Shown here in pieces: positions 17,992-28,301 of a stretch of DNA of 64,000 nucleotides (position 1 is the first letter of the stretch; each line of letters starts with the position of its first letter). The DNA is from Clostridia bacterium. GTDB lineage: Bacteria; Bacillota; Clostridia; Oscillospirales; CAG-272. A program made the position numbers and the translations under genes. The notes beneath the pieces are model-generated. The model had not been told where the DNA came from. It ran no database searches and saw only the letters and a list, made by a program, of their open reading frames with translations. The DNA is taken from the NCBI GenBank assembly GCA_017467085.1, contig JAFTSW010000072.1, forward strand, positions 26,753-90,752, read 5' to 3'.

Positions 17992-18882
17992 TCAGTTATA
18001 AAACCTGTGGTTGGCAATGGTGAAGGCGTAGGGACGGGTCTTGGAAATCCAGGAGGAGGACACCACCTTGGGAGCGAAGAAGAATAAAATCCTATCCGAC
18101 ACGGTATAGCCCTCTAAGCATATCTTGGCGGCGGTGACGGCGGAGGCGGTGGGTGTCTTGTAGATGGAGCCGTCCAACACGGGAGAGAATTGCACCCCGT
18201 ATTTTCTGTCAAAGACAACGCCCTTGACGGTGGAGGGGTACTGCGAGGAGGCGACACGGTTCAGCACCACGTTGCCTACGGCAATCTGCCCCAGCAGGGG
18301 CTCACCGCGGCTCTCGGCGCTGATGATACGGGAAAGCCAATATAAGTCCTCCTCGTTATATACGGCAGAGGCGCTTTTCAAGGGCGTCGCCTTGCCCTTT
18401 AAGGACACGCTACGGGCGCTTTCGTTCCAGCTCACCTCTAACGAGAGCGTTTCGGCAAGAGAGCGCACGGGACCGTAGAGCCGTCCGTCGCTGAGAATAA
18501 CGATGGGGGAGGGAGAATAGAAGCATCTGCCGTTGGCGTACAGCACCGAGGAGCCCACCGAAGCGGAAACCGAAAGCCCGTCACCCTCCACCCGTGCCGT
18601 TTTGGTGGCGGCGTCGTATGTAACCTTGGCGCCGGGGTACAGAGCCTCGTAAAAGGCGCGCAGGGGTACGTATGTGGTGGAGGAAATCAGTCTTGCGTCA
18701 ACGGATAAGCGGGTGCCGCCGTGGTAGACGGGCACGGGTGCGTGCGCCGATACCGAAAGGCTTGTAACGGTGTTGGTCTTGATGGGAATGAGAGTGGCGG
18801 CACTGCTCGGCACAGCCAGAGCGGATGCTGAAATCAACAGCGCAGATAAGAGAATTCCCCCTCTTTTGAGTAGTTTTTTCAT
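17992..18882 (-). CDS. Secreted cell-wall hydrolase, SleB/CwlJ family, with copper-amine-oxidase-like N-terminal repeats
   Basis: Start moved to the internal ATG 18882 (AAAGGAG SD; MKKLLKRGGILLSALLISASALA signal). Motifs LYWLSRIISAESRGEPLLGQIAVGNVVLNRV and VVFDRKYGVQFSPV. Confidence 0.85.
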   Translation of the reverse strand: MKKLLKRGGILLSALLISASALAVPSSAATLIPIKTNTVTSLSVSAHAPVPVYHGGTRLSVDARLISSTTYVPLRAFYEALYPGAKVTYDAATKTARVEGDGLSVSASVGSSVLYANGRCFYSPSPIVILSDGRLYGPVRSLAETLSLEVSWNESARSVSLKGKATPLKSASAVYNEEDLYWLSRIISAESRGEPLLGQIAVGNVVLNRVASSQYPSTVKGVVFDRKYGVQFSPVLDGSIYKTPTASAVTAAKICLEGYTVSDRILFFFAPKVVSSSWISKTRPYAFTIANHRFYN

Positions 18883-19104
18883 AAAAACTCCTTTCTTGGG
18901 TATTTGCTCCTGCCCAGGGCAACGGGGGGCGTTGCCAAGGCTTAACAGAACGGGCTTATTATACCATGGGAAAAAAAGATAGGCAACCCACAATCTTTGC
19001 CGCTTCTGGAAATATCCGACAAAAGACGGCGACAGAAAAGGAAAATCTCCTAAATGACGGCAGGGGTGGAAAATATTGCAACGGACAGAAAAAATATTTT
19101 GCTC

Positions 19105-19133
19105 TTGCAAAAAAACGCAAAAGCGTGTATAAT
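19105..19133 (+). promoter_or_regulatory. Sigma70-like promoter
   Basis: TTGCAA, 17-nt spacer, TATAAT, upstream of ATG 19191. Confidence 0.5.
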
Positions 19134-19190
19134 AGAGGGGACTACAAGCGCAAGGGATACAATGACAAGCAATAAAAGGAAGGACGAAGC

Positions 19191-20213
19191 ATGAGAGCAG
19201 ACGGAAAACGGGTGCGCGGCGCAAGCCCCATGTATACGGTTGCCGCATACTTTATGGCAAAGCGGTACGATGCGCAGAATATGATAGAGGTGGACGTTCC
19301 CATTGACCCCATTGGCGCCTATATTCGGGAAAAGCGCAAGGAGGGCAAGACCCTGTCCCATCTGGGTATCGTGATTGCCGCCTATTTGCGTCTGGCGGCG
19401 GAGTTTCCGCTCTTGAACCGCTTTATCGTCAACAAGCGTTGCTACGAAAGAAAAGAATTTAACGTGGGTATGGTGGTGCTGAAGCCGGGTGAGGTGGACG
19501 GCACCATGAATAAAATTCACCTGGAATTGGAGGATGACGTGTTCACCGTCCAGGAGAAGCTCAACGCCTATATTGATGAAAATCGCGAGGCAGGGGACAC
19601 CAACGCCACCGACAAGGTGATTTCCGCCCTTCTGGGCATTCCCGGGATTTTGTCCGTGGGTGTGGGGGCGTTGAAGCTCCTTGACCACTTTGGGCTTCTG
19701 CCCCAGGCGGTTATTGACGCCTCTCCCTTCCATACCAGCTTCGTGGTATCCAATCTTGCCAGCATTAAAACCAACCACATTTATCACCATTGCTATCAGT
19801 TCGGCACCACCAGCGTGATTATTACCATGGGCGTGCCTAAGGAGGTACCCCAGCGCCACGGCTCCAACGTTACCTTTGAGCGCTGTCTGCCCTTAGGCAT
19901 CGTGATGGACGAGCGCATCTGCTCGGGCAGCTATTTTGCCCTGGCGAGCCTGCGCTTGAAGGAGTATCTGAAAAACCCCCATTTGCTGGAGGGTCCCCCT
20001 GCCTTCCCCGTGGTTCGCGCCTGGGCAAAGCCGGGTGAATATGAGAAAATCCGCGCCAAGCGCCGCTTCAAGGAGGCAAAGCGCCGTATCGGCAAATCCG
20101 ACAAGACCAAGGCGGAAAAGAAGGAAGCCCTCGCCCTTGCCAAGGCAGAGAAAAAAGCCGCCTTCCGAGAAGCAAAAGCCATCAAAAAAGCGGCTAAAAA
20201 AGCCAAAAAGTAA
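19191..20213 (+). CDS. 2-oxoacid-dehydrogenase-acyltransferase (CAT-like) catalytic-domain-like protein with Lys-rich C-terminal tail
   Basis: Overall resemblance to E2 catalytic domains. VMDERICSG sits at the position of the DHRxxDG motif, with Glu replacing His. Tail KRRFKEAKRRIGKSDKTKAEKKEALALAKAEKKAAFREAKAIKKAAKKAKK. The assignment is tentative. Confidence 0.45.
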   Translation: MRADGKRVRGASPMYTVAAYFMAKRYDAQNMIEVDVPIDPIGAYIREKRKEGKTLSHLGIVIAAYLRLAAEFPLLNRFIVNKRCYERKEFNVGMVVLKPGEVDGTMNKIHLELEDDVFTVQEKLNAYIDENREAGDTNATDKVISALLGIPGILSVGVGALKLLDHFGLLPQAVIDASPFHTSFVVSNLASIKTNHIYHHCYQFGTTSVIITMGVPKEVPQRHGSNVTFERCLPLGIVMDERICSGSYFALASLRLKEYLKNPHLLEGPPAFPVVRAWAKPGEYEKIRAKRRFKEAKRRIGKSDKTKAEKKEALALAKAEKKAAFREAKAIKKAAKKAKK

Positions 20214-20232
20214 AGATATATTTACACAAAAA

Positions 20233-20256
20233 AGACGGGTGCGCCCGTCTTTTTTA
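20233..20256. terminator. Bidirectional rho-independent terminator
   Basis: AAAA-AGACGGG-tgcg-CCCGTCT-TTTTT. Confidence 0.75.
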
Positions 20257-20264
20257 TAGAACGA

Positions 20265-20300
20265 AGAGCCCCGCCATTATGGCGGGGCTCTGTTTTTGGT
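20265..20300 (+). terminator. Second hairpin with T-tract
   Basis: AGAGCCCCGCC-attat-GGCGGGGCTCT followed by GTTTTTGGTTTT. Confidence 0.6.
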
Positions 20301-20345
20301 TTTATTTGGCTTGCGCGAAGGGCAAACGGTTTTGCGCCGCCGCTT

Positions 20346-20597
20346 TTATTCACCCTTCGCGTCGGCGCCGCAGCACGCCTTATATTTTTTGCCGCTGCCG
20401 CAGGGGCAGGGGTCGTTCCTGCCGACAAGGCGAGTGCCGTTTTGGAGCGACAGGGGGGTGGGCTTGGGCTTTGCGGTCTTGTACTTGAAAAAGGTAAGCA
20501 GCTTCCCTGCCAGCAGCGCCATATACGCCTTGCCCGAGCGCAGGGTCTTATATTCCTCGGGGGTGACCTCAAGATGCTTGGTAAAATGCCCGAACAC
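20346..20597 (-). CDS. SEC-C metal-binding motif small protein
   Basis: C-terminal [17 protein letters not shown]. Confidence 0.8.
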   Translation of the reverse strand: MFGHFTKHLEVTPEEYKTLRSGKAYMALLAGKLLTFFKYKTAKPKPTPLSLQNGTRLVGRNDPCPCGSGKKYKACCGADAKGE

Positions 20598-20727
20598 CGC
20601 CTTGATGCATCTTTTTTATAAAATACAAGCGAAACCTTTTCGCCGTCTTAAAAGGAAAGGGGACGGTGATTTTTCGGGAAAAAGGTGGAAAAAGCAGGAA
20701 AAAAAGCCTGTTTTTTGCGGCAAGGGG

Positions 20728-20756
20728 TTGACAAAACAAAGGATTTATGCTATATT
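20728..20756 (+). promoter_or_regulatory. Sigma70-like promoter
   Basis: TTGACA, 17-nt spacer, TATATT, upstream of ATG 20795. Confidence 0.55.
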
Positions 20757-20794
20757 GACAGTACCACAAAATTTATTTTCAGGAGGAAAATATC

Positions 20795-21238
20795 ATGAAA
20801 AAGTCTATTAAGCTGTTTGCCCTCGTGATGGCACTTGTGCTTTGCACGCTGGCTCTCGTTTCCTGCTCTACCTTCGGCTCCATCAAGAGCAACTTCGAGA
20901 AGAACGGGTATGAGCTGAAGGGCGAATCCGAGAAGGCCTCCTTTACCTATGAGGACTACGAAATCAACTACACCGTACATACCTTCCAGGTAAAGACCGA
21001 GGACAGCGATTCCGCTCTTGGCGACATCATCGGCGGCATCACCCAGGGCCTTTCCACCGCGGTTGTTTGGGAGTTCGGCTCCAACGAGGACCTGGCAAAG
21101 GCATTGGCGAACAACGAGGACGTGAAGGCAGCCCTGAAGGATGCTGACGAGTCCGAAATGGTCAACGGCAACTGCGTTCTGATGACCCTCAACCCCGACG
21201 CCGTCAAGATTTTCAACGGCGAGTCCATCGAGAAGTAA
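20795..21238 (+). CDS. Small lipoprotein, unknown function
   Basis: MKKSIKLFALVMALVLCTLALVSCST (lipobox LVSC). AGGAGGA SD. Confidence 0.7.
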   Translation: MKKSIKLFALVMALVLCTLALVSCSTFGSIKSNFEKNGYELKGESEKASFTYEDYEINYTVHTFQVKTEDSDSALGDIIGGITQGLSTAVVWEFGSNEDLAKALANNEDVKAALKDADESEMVNGNCVLMTLNPDAVKIFNGESIEK

Positions 21239-21256
21239 TTTTCAAGCAAATCAAAA

Positions 21257-21287
21257 AGGCACTGCGATGCAGTGCCTTTTTATTTTT
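21257..21287 (+). terminator. Rho-independent terminator
   Basis: AGGCACTGC-gat-GCAGTGCCT followed by TTTTATTTTTC. Confidence 0.8.
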
Positions 21288-21299
21288 CTTTGTGGCTTT

Positions 21300-21896
21300 T
21301 TACGAAAGGGGCGTGCCGTTCTTATCGCAAAGAACGATAGAGGAGATAACCACGTCAACGACGGGCATATTCTGCATCACGGCACCCTGCCAATACTTGG
21401 TATGGGTGTCAACGGCGGCGATGGCGTCCAGCACCTCGTAGCCCGAAAGCAGCTTGCCGAAGGCGGCGTAATTGCCGTCAAGACCCGTGCAATCCACGTG
21501 ACAGATAAAGAACTGGGAGGAGGCGCTGTTGAAGTAGTCGGTGCGCGCCATAGAGAGGACGCCGCGGGTGTGGGAAAGGTTGTTTTCAACGCCGTTGACG
21601 GCAAATTCGCCCTTGATGGTGGAGGCGTAGGTTTTGCCGATGCCCCCTTGAATCATAAAATTCTCAATCACGCGGTGGAAGATAACGTCGGTGTAATAGC
21701 CCTGCTTTACCAGCTTTACAAAGTTGTCAACCGTGATGGGGGCAACGTCGGGATACAGCTCGGCAACCATCACGCCGTAGTCCTTCACGTCAATGCGGAC
21801 GTATACGGGGTCGCTATTGCCGCAGGAGGCAAAAGAGGTGAGCGCCAGGGCGCAAAGCAAAAAGAGGGCAACGAGGGAACATATCCGTTTTTTCAT
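21300..21896 (-). CDS. Cyclophilin-type peptidyl-prolyl cis-trans isomerase, lipoprotein
   Basis: FHRVIENFMIQGG signature. MKKRICSLVALFLLCALALTSFASCGN signal/lipobox. Start moved to ATG 21896. Confidence 0.85.
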   Translation of the reverse strand: MKKRICSLVALFLLCALALTSFASCGNSDPVYVRIDVKDYGVMVAELYPDVAPITVDNFVKLVKQGYYTDVIFHRVIENFMIQGGIGKTYASTIKGEFAVNGVENNLSHTRGVLSMARTDYFNSASSQFFICHVDCTGLDGNYAAFGKLLSGYEVLDAIAAVDTHTKYWQGAVMQNMPVVDVVISSIVLCDKNGTPLS

Positions 21897-21992
21897 ATCA
21901 ATCTCCGTTCTGCCGCCAAGAGGCGGTTTTTTACTGCCGTAGTATACCATTTTTTCGGCGACTTGTCAATATGCTTGCAGAGGGGCGCCGTT

Positions 21993-22739
21993 TTACACCG
22001 TGATAAACGCCGTATCGGGATAGCTTGCCCGACATGCCAAGGAGAAGGGGTAGTCGCTGATGACCCCTGCCACGTCCCCCAGGGTGTGGGGCAGATAGGC
22101 GCCCTGTCTTCCCACCTTGTCGCTGTCCACTAAGTAAAACGCCTTGCCCGTGCGGGAGATAACCGCCTTTTCCAAGAGAATATATATGTCCGTGTCGGCT
22201 TGAATAACCCCGTCCTCCGAAATACCGTAGGTGGCAAAAAACGCCTTGTCCGTGCGGTAGCGAAGGGCTTGCTCCGCCGTTTCGGGCCCCGCAATCATAC
22301 TGGGCACCTCCACGATGGTGCCGCCCAACACCTTCACGGTCACGCCTGCCTCGGCGAGAAAGGAGGCAAGCATAATATTGTTGGTGATGACGGTGAGGTT
22401 TTTCTTTTCGGTGAGATACCTGCCGATATACTGGGCGGTGGTGCTGTTGTCGATAAAAACGGTGTCCCCGTCCTCAATCAGGGCGGCTGCCGCCTTACCG
22501 ATGCGCTTCTTCGCCGCCTTCATCTTCTCATAGCGGAAGGGAAGCGGCACGGCGGTGTCCTTCACGGGCTCCGCGCCCCCGTAGCTGCGCTTGATTTTCT
22601 TCATCTGCTCCAAGGCGTTCAAGTCCCGATTGACCGTGGCGGTGCTGTAATGCAAAAGCTCCGTCAGCTCCTTGACGGTGGCGTAGCCGTTGCGGTTCAA
22701 AAAGTCTAAAATGCGCTCTAAGCGCTCCTTCTGGTACAT
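21993..22739 (-). CDS. DeoR family transcriptional regulator
   Basis: N-terminal wHTH YATVKELTELLHYSTATVNRDLNALE plus a DeoR C-terminal sugar-binding-like domain. Start moved to ATG 22739 (GAAGGAGAGGG SD). Confidence 0.85.
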   Translation of the reverse strand: MYQKERLERILDFLNRNGYATVKELTELLHYSTATVNRDLNALEQMKKIKRSYGGAEPVKDTAVPLPFRYEKMKAAKKRIGKAAAALIEDGDTVFIDNSTTAQYIGRYLTEKKNLTVITNNIMLASFLAEAGVTVKVLGGTIVEVPSMIAGPETAEQALRYRTDKAFFATYGISEDGVIQADTDIYILLEKAVISRTGKAFYLVDSDKVGRQGAYLPHTLGDVAGVISDYPFSLACRASYPDTAFITV

Positions 22740-22899
22740 AAGCCCTCTCCTTCTCTTTTTGAGAAAAGTTGATAAATTGGAAAAAACTGTAACATACTTG
22801 CAATTTTTTGAGAAATCACTATAATAATACACAGAAAGAAAAGAATTGTCAAGAGGGGCGGACGGAAAGGCGTCTGCCGCCTCCAGGAAAGGCTATACG

Positions 22900-24267
22900 A
22901 TGAAGGATTTAACGAGGGGTAATATTTACAAGACCTTTTTCTCCTTTGCGCTGCCCTTGGTGTTTTCGGGAGTGCTTTCCCAGATGTACGCCATTGTGGA
23001 TACCGTTATCGCGGGGCAGTATCTGGGAGAGGCGGGGCTTGCCGCTATCGGCGCCACCTCCAGCTATATTACCTTTATTTCCTCCTTCGTGTGGGGGTAC
23101 GGCACGGGGGTCGGCATTTTCATCGGGCACCTGTTCGGCGCTAAGGAATACGGGCGCATTAAGAACAACGCCTGGACGCAGATTCTTCTGATTGTCCTTG
23201 CCGCTTTGCTTCTCGGGGGCGGCTCGGTTGCCCTCCACCGCCCCATTTTCACCCTGCTTCGGGTAGACGCCGCCGTCTGGGACGAGGCGTTCCGCTATTT
23301 CGCCATTTATATGGGTGGCTTCTTCTGCGTGGTGCTGAACAACTGCTGTATGCATATTGCCACCGCCCTTGGCTCCTCCACCGTCCCCTTCGTTTTGTCG
23401 GTGGTGTCGGGCGTTCTGAACGTGGCGGGCAATATCTTCTCGGTGGTTGTGCTGCATTGGGGGGCGTTTGGACTTGGACTTTCCACCGTCTTTGCCTCTG
23501 CCGTCACCTTTGTCATTTATCTGATTTATTTTGCCGTGTCCTTCCGCAAAATGCCCACAACCGAGAAAACGAGGCTTACCTTCGGGGAAACCAAGTGGAT
23601 TTTCACCTTCTCCCTGCCCACCTCCTTCCAGCAGGCAACCATGTACGCGGCAAGCCTTCTGCTTTCTCCTATGGTCAACGCCATCGGCCCTGCCGCCACG
23701 GCGTCCTATAGCGTGACTCACCGTATTTTTGAATTCAACTCGGCGATGTTCTATAACTCCTCCCGTACCGTTGGCAGCTATACGGCGCAGTGTATGGGCG
23801 CAGAGAAGTACGAAAAAATCAAGAAGGGCATTGGTGTGGGGCTTTTGCAGGCGCTGGCGTTCTTGCTCCCCGTGATGGCGCTTTGCCTTATCTTCCCCGA
23901 TACGCTGGTGGGAATTTTCTCCAAGGCAGGGGATGGCGAGAGCCTGGGCTACAGCCTCTTTTTCGTCAAGGTGTGTCTGCCCTTTGCTGTCTTCCACTGT
24001 GTGGATAACCTCTTCCACCATCTCTATCGCGGTGTGAAGAAAATGGGTCTGCTTCTGCTCTCCACGGGCTTTGCGTCCTTGGTGCGTATCGTAGTGGGCT
24101 TTATTCTCACCCCCTTCTTCGGAATGGAGGGCTTCTACGTTGCCTGGGCGGCGTCCTGGGTGTTAGAGGCGCTTTTGAATCTTCTTGTGTATCTCTTCGG
24201 GCTTTGGATTCCCAAGGAGGGAAGGAACGTTATCCGCGCCCCCCTTGGCAAGCGCCCCACAGCATAA
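22900..24267 (+). CDS. MATE family efflux transporter
   Basis: MKDLTRGNIYKTFFSFALPLVFSGVLSQMYAIVDTVIAGQYLG and polytopic hydrophobic sequence throughout. Start at ATG 22900. Confidence 0.85.
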   Translation: MKDLTRGNIYKTFFSFALPLVFSGVLSQMYAIVDTVIAGQYLGEAGLAAIGATSSYITFISSFVWGYGTGVGIFIGHLFGAKEYGRIKNNAWTQILLIVLAALLLGGGSVALHRPIFTLLRVDAAVWDEAFRYFAIYMGGFFCVVLNNCCMHIATALGSSTVPFVLSVVSGVLNVAGNIFSVVVLHWGAFGLGLSTVFASAVTFVIYLIYFAVSFRKMPTTEKTRLTFGETKWIFTFSLPTSFQQATMYAASLLLSPMVNAIGPAATASYSVTHRIFEFNSAMFYNSSRTVGSYTAQCMGAEKYEKIKKGIGVGLLQALAFLLPVMALCLIFPDTLVGIFSKAGDGESLGYSLFFVKVCLPFAVFHCVDNLFHHLYRGVKKMGLLLLSTGFASLVRIVVGFILTPFFGMEGFYVAWAASWVLEALLNLLVYLFGLWIPKEGRNVIRAPLGKRPTA

Positions 24268-24277
24268 ACAGTCAAAA

Positions 24278-24307
24278 GGCAGAGCAGCTCTCTGCCTTAT
24301 TGCTTTT
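24278..24307 (+). terminator. Rho-independent terminator after the MATE gene
   Basis: GGCAGAG-cagct-CTCTGCC followed by TTATTGCTTTT. Confidence 0.6.
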
Positions 24308-24330
24308 GGAAAAACAGAAAGGATTTTGCT

Positions 24331-25860
<1,530 letters not shown>

Positions 25861-25872
25861 TGAAAAAAATAC

Positions 25873-25901
25873 TTGCAACGGCGCTCTCTTCGTGGTATAC
25901 T
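25873..25901 (+). promoter_or_regulatory. Sigma70-like promoter for nadE
   Basis: TTGCAA, 17-nt spacer, TATACT. Confidence 0.45.
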
Positions 25902-25953
25902 GGATAAAAAGCCCAAAGGGGACCAAATCATCAACCGAAAAGAGGAAACGGAT

Positions 25954-26667
25954 ATGGATATGCAAAAGGAATTAGATAGAATTTTAGAGGCGCTGACGGC
26001 GTATAAAAACGATACCGCCTGTCAGGGCGTGGTGCTGGGCATCAGCGGCGGCAAGGACAGCACGGTGGTGGCGATGCTTGCCAAGGCGGTGTTCGGGGAC
26101 AAGGTGTTGGGCGTATTGATGCCCAACGGCGAGCAAAAGGATATTGCCGATTCCTTGGAAATCTGCAAGCAGCTGGGGCTTGCCCATTACGTGGTGAACA
26201 TCCGCGAGGCGTTTGAGGGCGTCCTTTCCGCCATTCCCTTGGAGGTGACCGCCCAGGCGAAAACCAATATTCCGCCCCGTCTGCGTATGACCACCCTCTA
26301 CGCCATCGCCCAGACCTTGGGCTACCGTGTTATCGGCACGGGCAACGCCAGCGAGAGCTACATCGGCTGGACCACCAAGTGGGGGGACGGCGCCTATGAC
26401 CTTAACCCCATCGGCTCCTTGACCTGCACCGAGGTGGTGGCGCTTGGAAGGCTGTTGGCGGAGAGAATGGGGCTTGACCTTTCCTTCGTCCTGAAGGCAC
26501 CCTCCGACGGCTTGACGGGCAAAACGGACGAGGACAACTTCGGCTTTACCTATCGGGAGTTGGATACCTATATCCGCACGGGTGAGGGAAGTGAGGAAAC
26601 GGTGGCGAAAATCGAGAGAATGCACCGCGCCTCTGCCCATAAGAGAACGATGCCCTTGAAATTTTAA
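25954..26667 (+). CDS. nadE: Ammonia-dependent NAD+ synthetase
   Basis: PP-loop VVLGISGGKDSTVVA. Start at ATG 25954 (AGAGGAAA SD). Confidence 0.85.
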   Translation: MDMQKELDRILEALTAYKNDTACQGVVLGISGGKDSTVVAMLAKAVFGDKVLGVLMPNGEQKDIADSLEICKQLGLAHYVVNIREAFEGVLSAIPLEVTAQAKTNIPPRLRMTTLYAIAQTLGYRVIGTGNASESYIGWTTKWGDGAYDLNPIGSLTCTEVVALGRLLAERMGLDLSFVLKAPSDGLTGKTDEDNFGFTYRELDTYIRTGEGSEETVAKIERMHRASAHKRTMPLKF

Positions 26668-26707
26668 GGGCGCCTTCGCTGTGCTTGGTTGAAATTTACC
26701 GCTTTAC

Positions 26708-26750
26708 AGGAGGAGTCGGCGGCTTTTGCCGCTTGCTCCTCCTTTCTCTT
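26708..26750 (+). terminator. Rho-independent terminator after nadE
   Basis: AGGAGGAG..GCGGC-tttt-GCCGC..CTCCTCCT followed by TTCTCTT. Confidence 0.6.
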
Positions 26751-26805
26751 GCCTAGGCAAGAGAGAGGGGGTACGGTGATTTTTCGGTGAAAATCGGCGG
26801 AAATA

Positions 26806-26833
26806 TTGACAGAAGCGAAAAAAATGCTATAAT
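26806..26833 (+). promoter_or_regulatory. Near-consensus sigma70-like promoter for murD
   Basis: TTGACA, 16-nt spacer, TATAAT. Confidence 0.6.
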
Positions 26834-26928
26834 AATATAATAGCGTACTGTGGGTATAAATACAGGCGCCCAAGGGACGGGGACGGCATATCATAGTAAA
26901 AGAATTCCCAAAAAGGAGGTCTTTTACG

Positions 26929-28233
26929 GTGTCCGTTCCGCAAAAAAGCGATTCCGTTGCCGTCTTTGGGCTTGGCCGCTCGGGGCTTGCCCTGCTTTCC
27001 CATTTCGAAAGAGAGGGGATAAGGGCGGTTGCCTACGATAGCAACCCCTCGGCAAAAGCCGCCCTGGCGGCGGCGGGGCTTTCCCATATCCCCTTCTATT
27101 CGGGGGAGGACTACCGCCTGATGCCAAAAGCGGATATTCTCTACCGCTCCCCCGCCCTGCGCCCCGACCACCCTGCCTTGGCAGACGGGCTTCGCCGCGG
27201 CGCCCTGCTGTCTGACGAAATTTCTCTCTTTTGCGCCCTTTGTCCTGCCACCCTGCTGGCGGTGACGGGCAGCGACGGCAAAAGCACCACCGCCTCCCTC
27301 GTTGCCGAGGCGCTGCGCCTGTCGGGCAAGCGCGTCTTTTTGGGGGGCAACATCGGGGTGAGTCTATTGCCCTATCTTCCCGATATGCGGGCAGGAGATT
27401 TTGCCGTTTTGGAGCTTTCCAGCTTCCAGCTGACAACGGCAACCCTTTCCGCCGAGGGAGGCGTTATCACCAACCTCTCCGAAAACCACTTGAATTGGCA
27501 CAAGGATATGGTAGAATACGCCGCCGCCAAGGAGCGGCTTTTCGGGCTTTGTCGCCATATGACGGTAAAGGCGGGCGTTTTTCCTCAAAGAGAGGCGCTG
27601 CGCTTTTCGCTGGACGGCGACACCCCCCTGCGCTTGGAGGGCAAGACCCTCTACGATGGGGACTCCCCCCTTTTCGAGGAGGGAGATATGCGCCTTCGGG
27701 GGCGCTTCCATATGGAAAATTTCTTGGCGGCGGCAGGCGTCACGCGGGCATTCGTGCCCCGACGTCTGTTCCTTCCCCTTGCCCGTGGCTTTTCGGGGCT
27801 TCCCCATCGGTTGGAGCCCGTAGCCACAAGACAGGGTGTCGCCTTTTATAACTCCTCTATTGATACCTCGCCAATGCGTACCTTAGCCACCCTCTCGGCG
27901 CTTTCGGAGCGGGGAGAACGGGCGGTGGTGCTGTTAGGAGGCGCGGATAAGGGGCTTTCTCTTGCCCCCCTTGCCGAGGGCTTGCCCTCCCTTGTGGAGG
28001 GGGCGGTTCTCTTCGGGCAAAGCCGCGAGGCGCTGGCGCGTGCCTTGCGTGGGCGGTTGCCCCTGGCGCTTGCCGAGAGCCTCAAGGATGCCATTCCCTT
28101 GGCGCTTTCTCTTGCCGAGGGGCGCGCCGAGGCAGTGGTGCTTTCTCCTGCCTTTACCGCCTTCGACGCCTTTCGGGACTACGCCGAGCGGGGCGAGGTC
28201 TTCAAAAGGGCGGTGCTTGCCCTACCCGAATAA
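26929..28233 (+). CDS. murD: UDP-N-acetylmuramoyl-L-alanine--D-glutamate ligase
   Basis: VAVFGLGRSGLA and the ATP-binding loop AVTGSDGKSTT. GTG start 9 nt after AAAAGGAGG. Confidence 0.9.
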   Translation: MSVPQKSDSVAVFGLGRSGLALLSHFEREGIRAVAYDSNPSAKAALAAAGLSHIPFYSGEDYRLMPKADILYRSPALRPDHPALADGLRRGALLSDEISLFCALCPATLLAVTGSDGKSTTASLVAEALRLSGKRVFLGGNIGVSLLPYLPDMRAGDFAVLELSSFQLTTATLSAEGGVITNLSENHLNWHKDMVEYAAAKERLFGLCRHMTVKAGVFPQREALRFSLDGDTPLRLEGKTLYDGDSPLFEEGDMRLRGRFHMENFLAAAGVTRAFVPRRLFLPLARGFSGLPHRLEPVATRQGVAFYNSSIDTSPMRTLATLSALSERGERAVVLLGGADKGLSLAPLAEGLPSLVEGAVLFGQSREALARALRGRLPLALAESLKDAIPLALSLAEGRAEAVVLSPAFTAFDAFRDYAERGEVFKRAVLALPE

Positions 28234-28301
28234 ATGCAAACAAAGGTTTACAAATTGGGGATATCCCCCACACATACAACAGAAAAAGAAACGGAGCGAC
28301 T

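Noticed and set aside
18883-19248. 5' extensions of tracked ORFs. The clearest case is the first 122 aa of 17992-19248. Others are at 21993-22832, 22846, 25873, 42949, 44069, 48823-49686, 50144-50830, 50745-51866, 55060, 56981 and 61565-62893.
   Set aside because: The extended N-termini are Cys/Arg/Pro-rich nonsense that runs through promoters or upstream genes. In each case an internal ATG with a good SD coincides with the expected family N-terminus or a signal peptide.
22909-24021. 370-aa minus-strand ORF antisense to the MATE transporter. Similar antisense ORFs lie opposite the GH3 paralogs (9909-10565, 11618-12274), php, M24 and other genes.
   Set aside because: These are in-register shadow ORFs of GC-rich genes. 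Their translations are Gly/His/Arg/Val-rich and carry no motifs.
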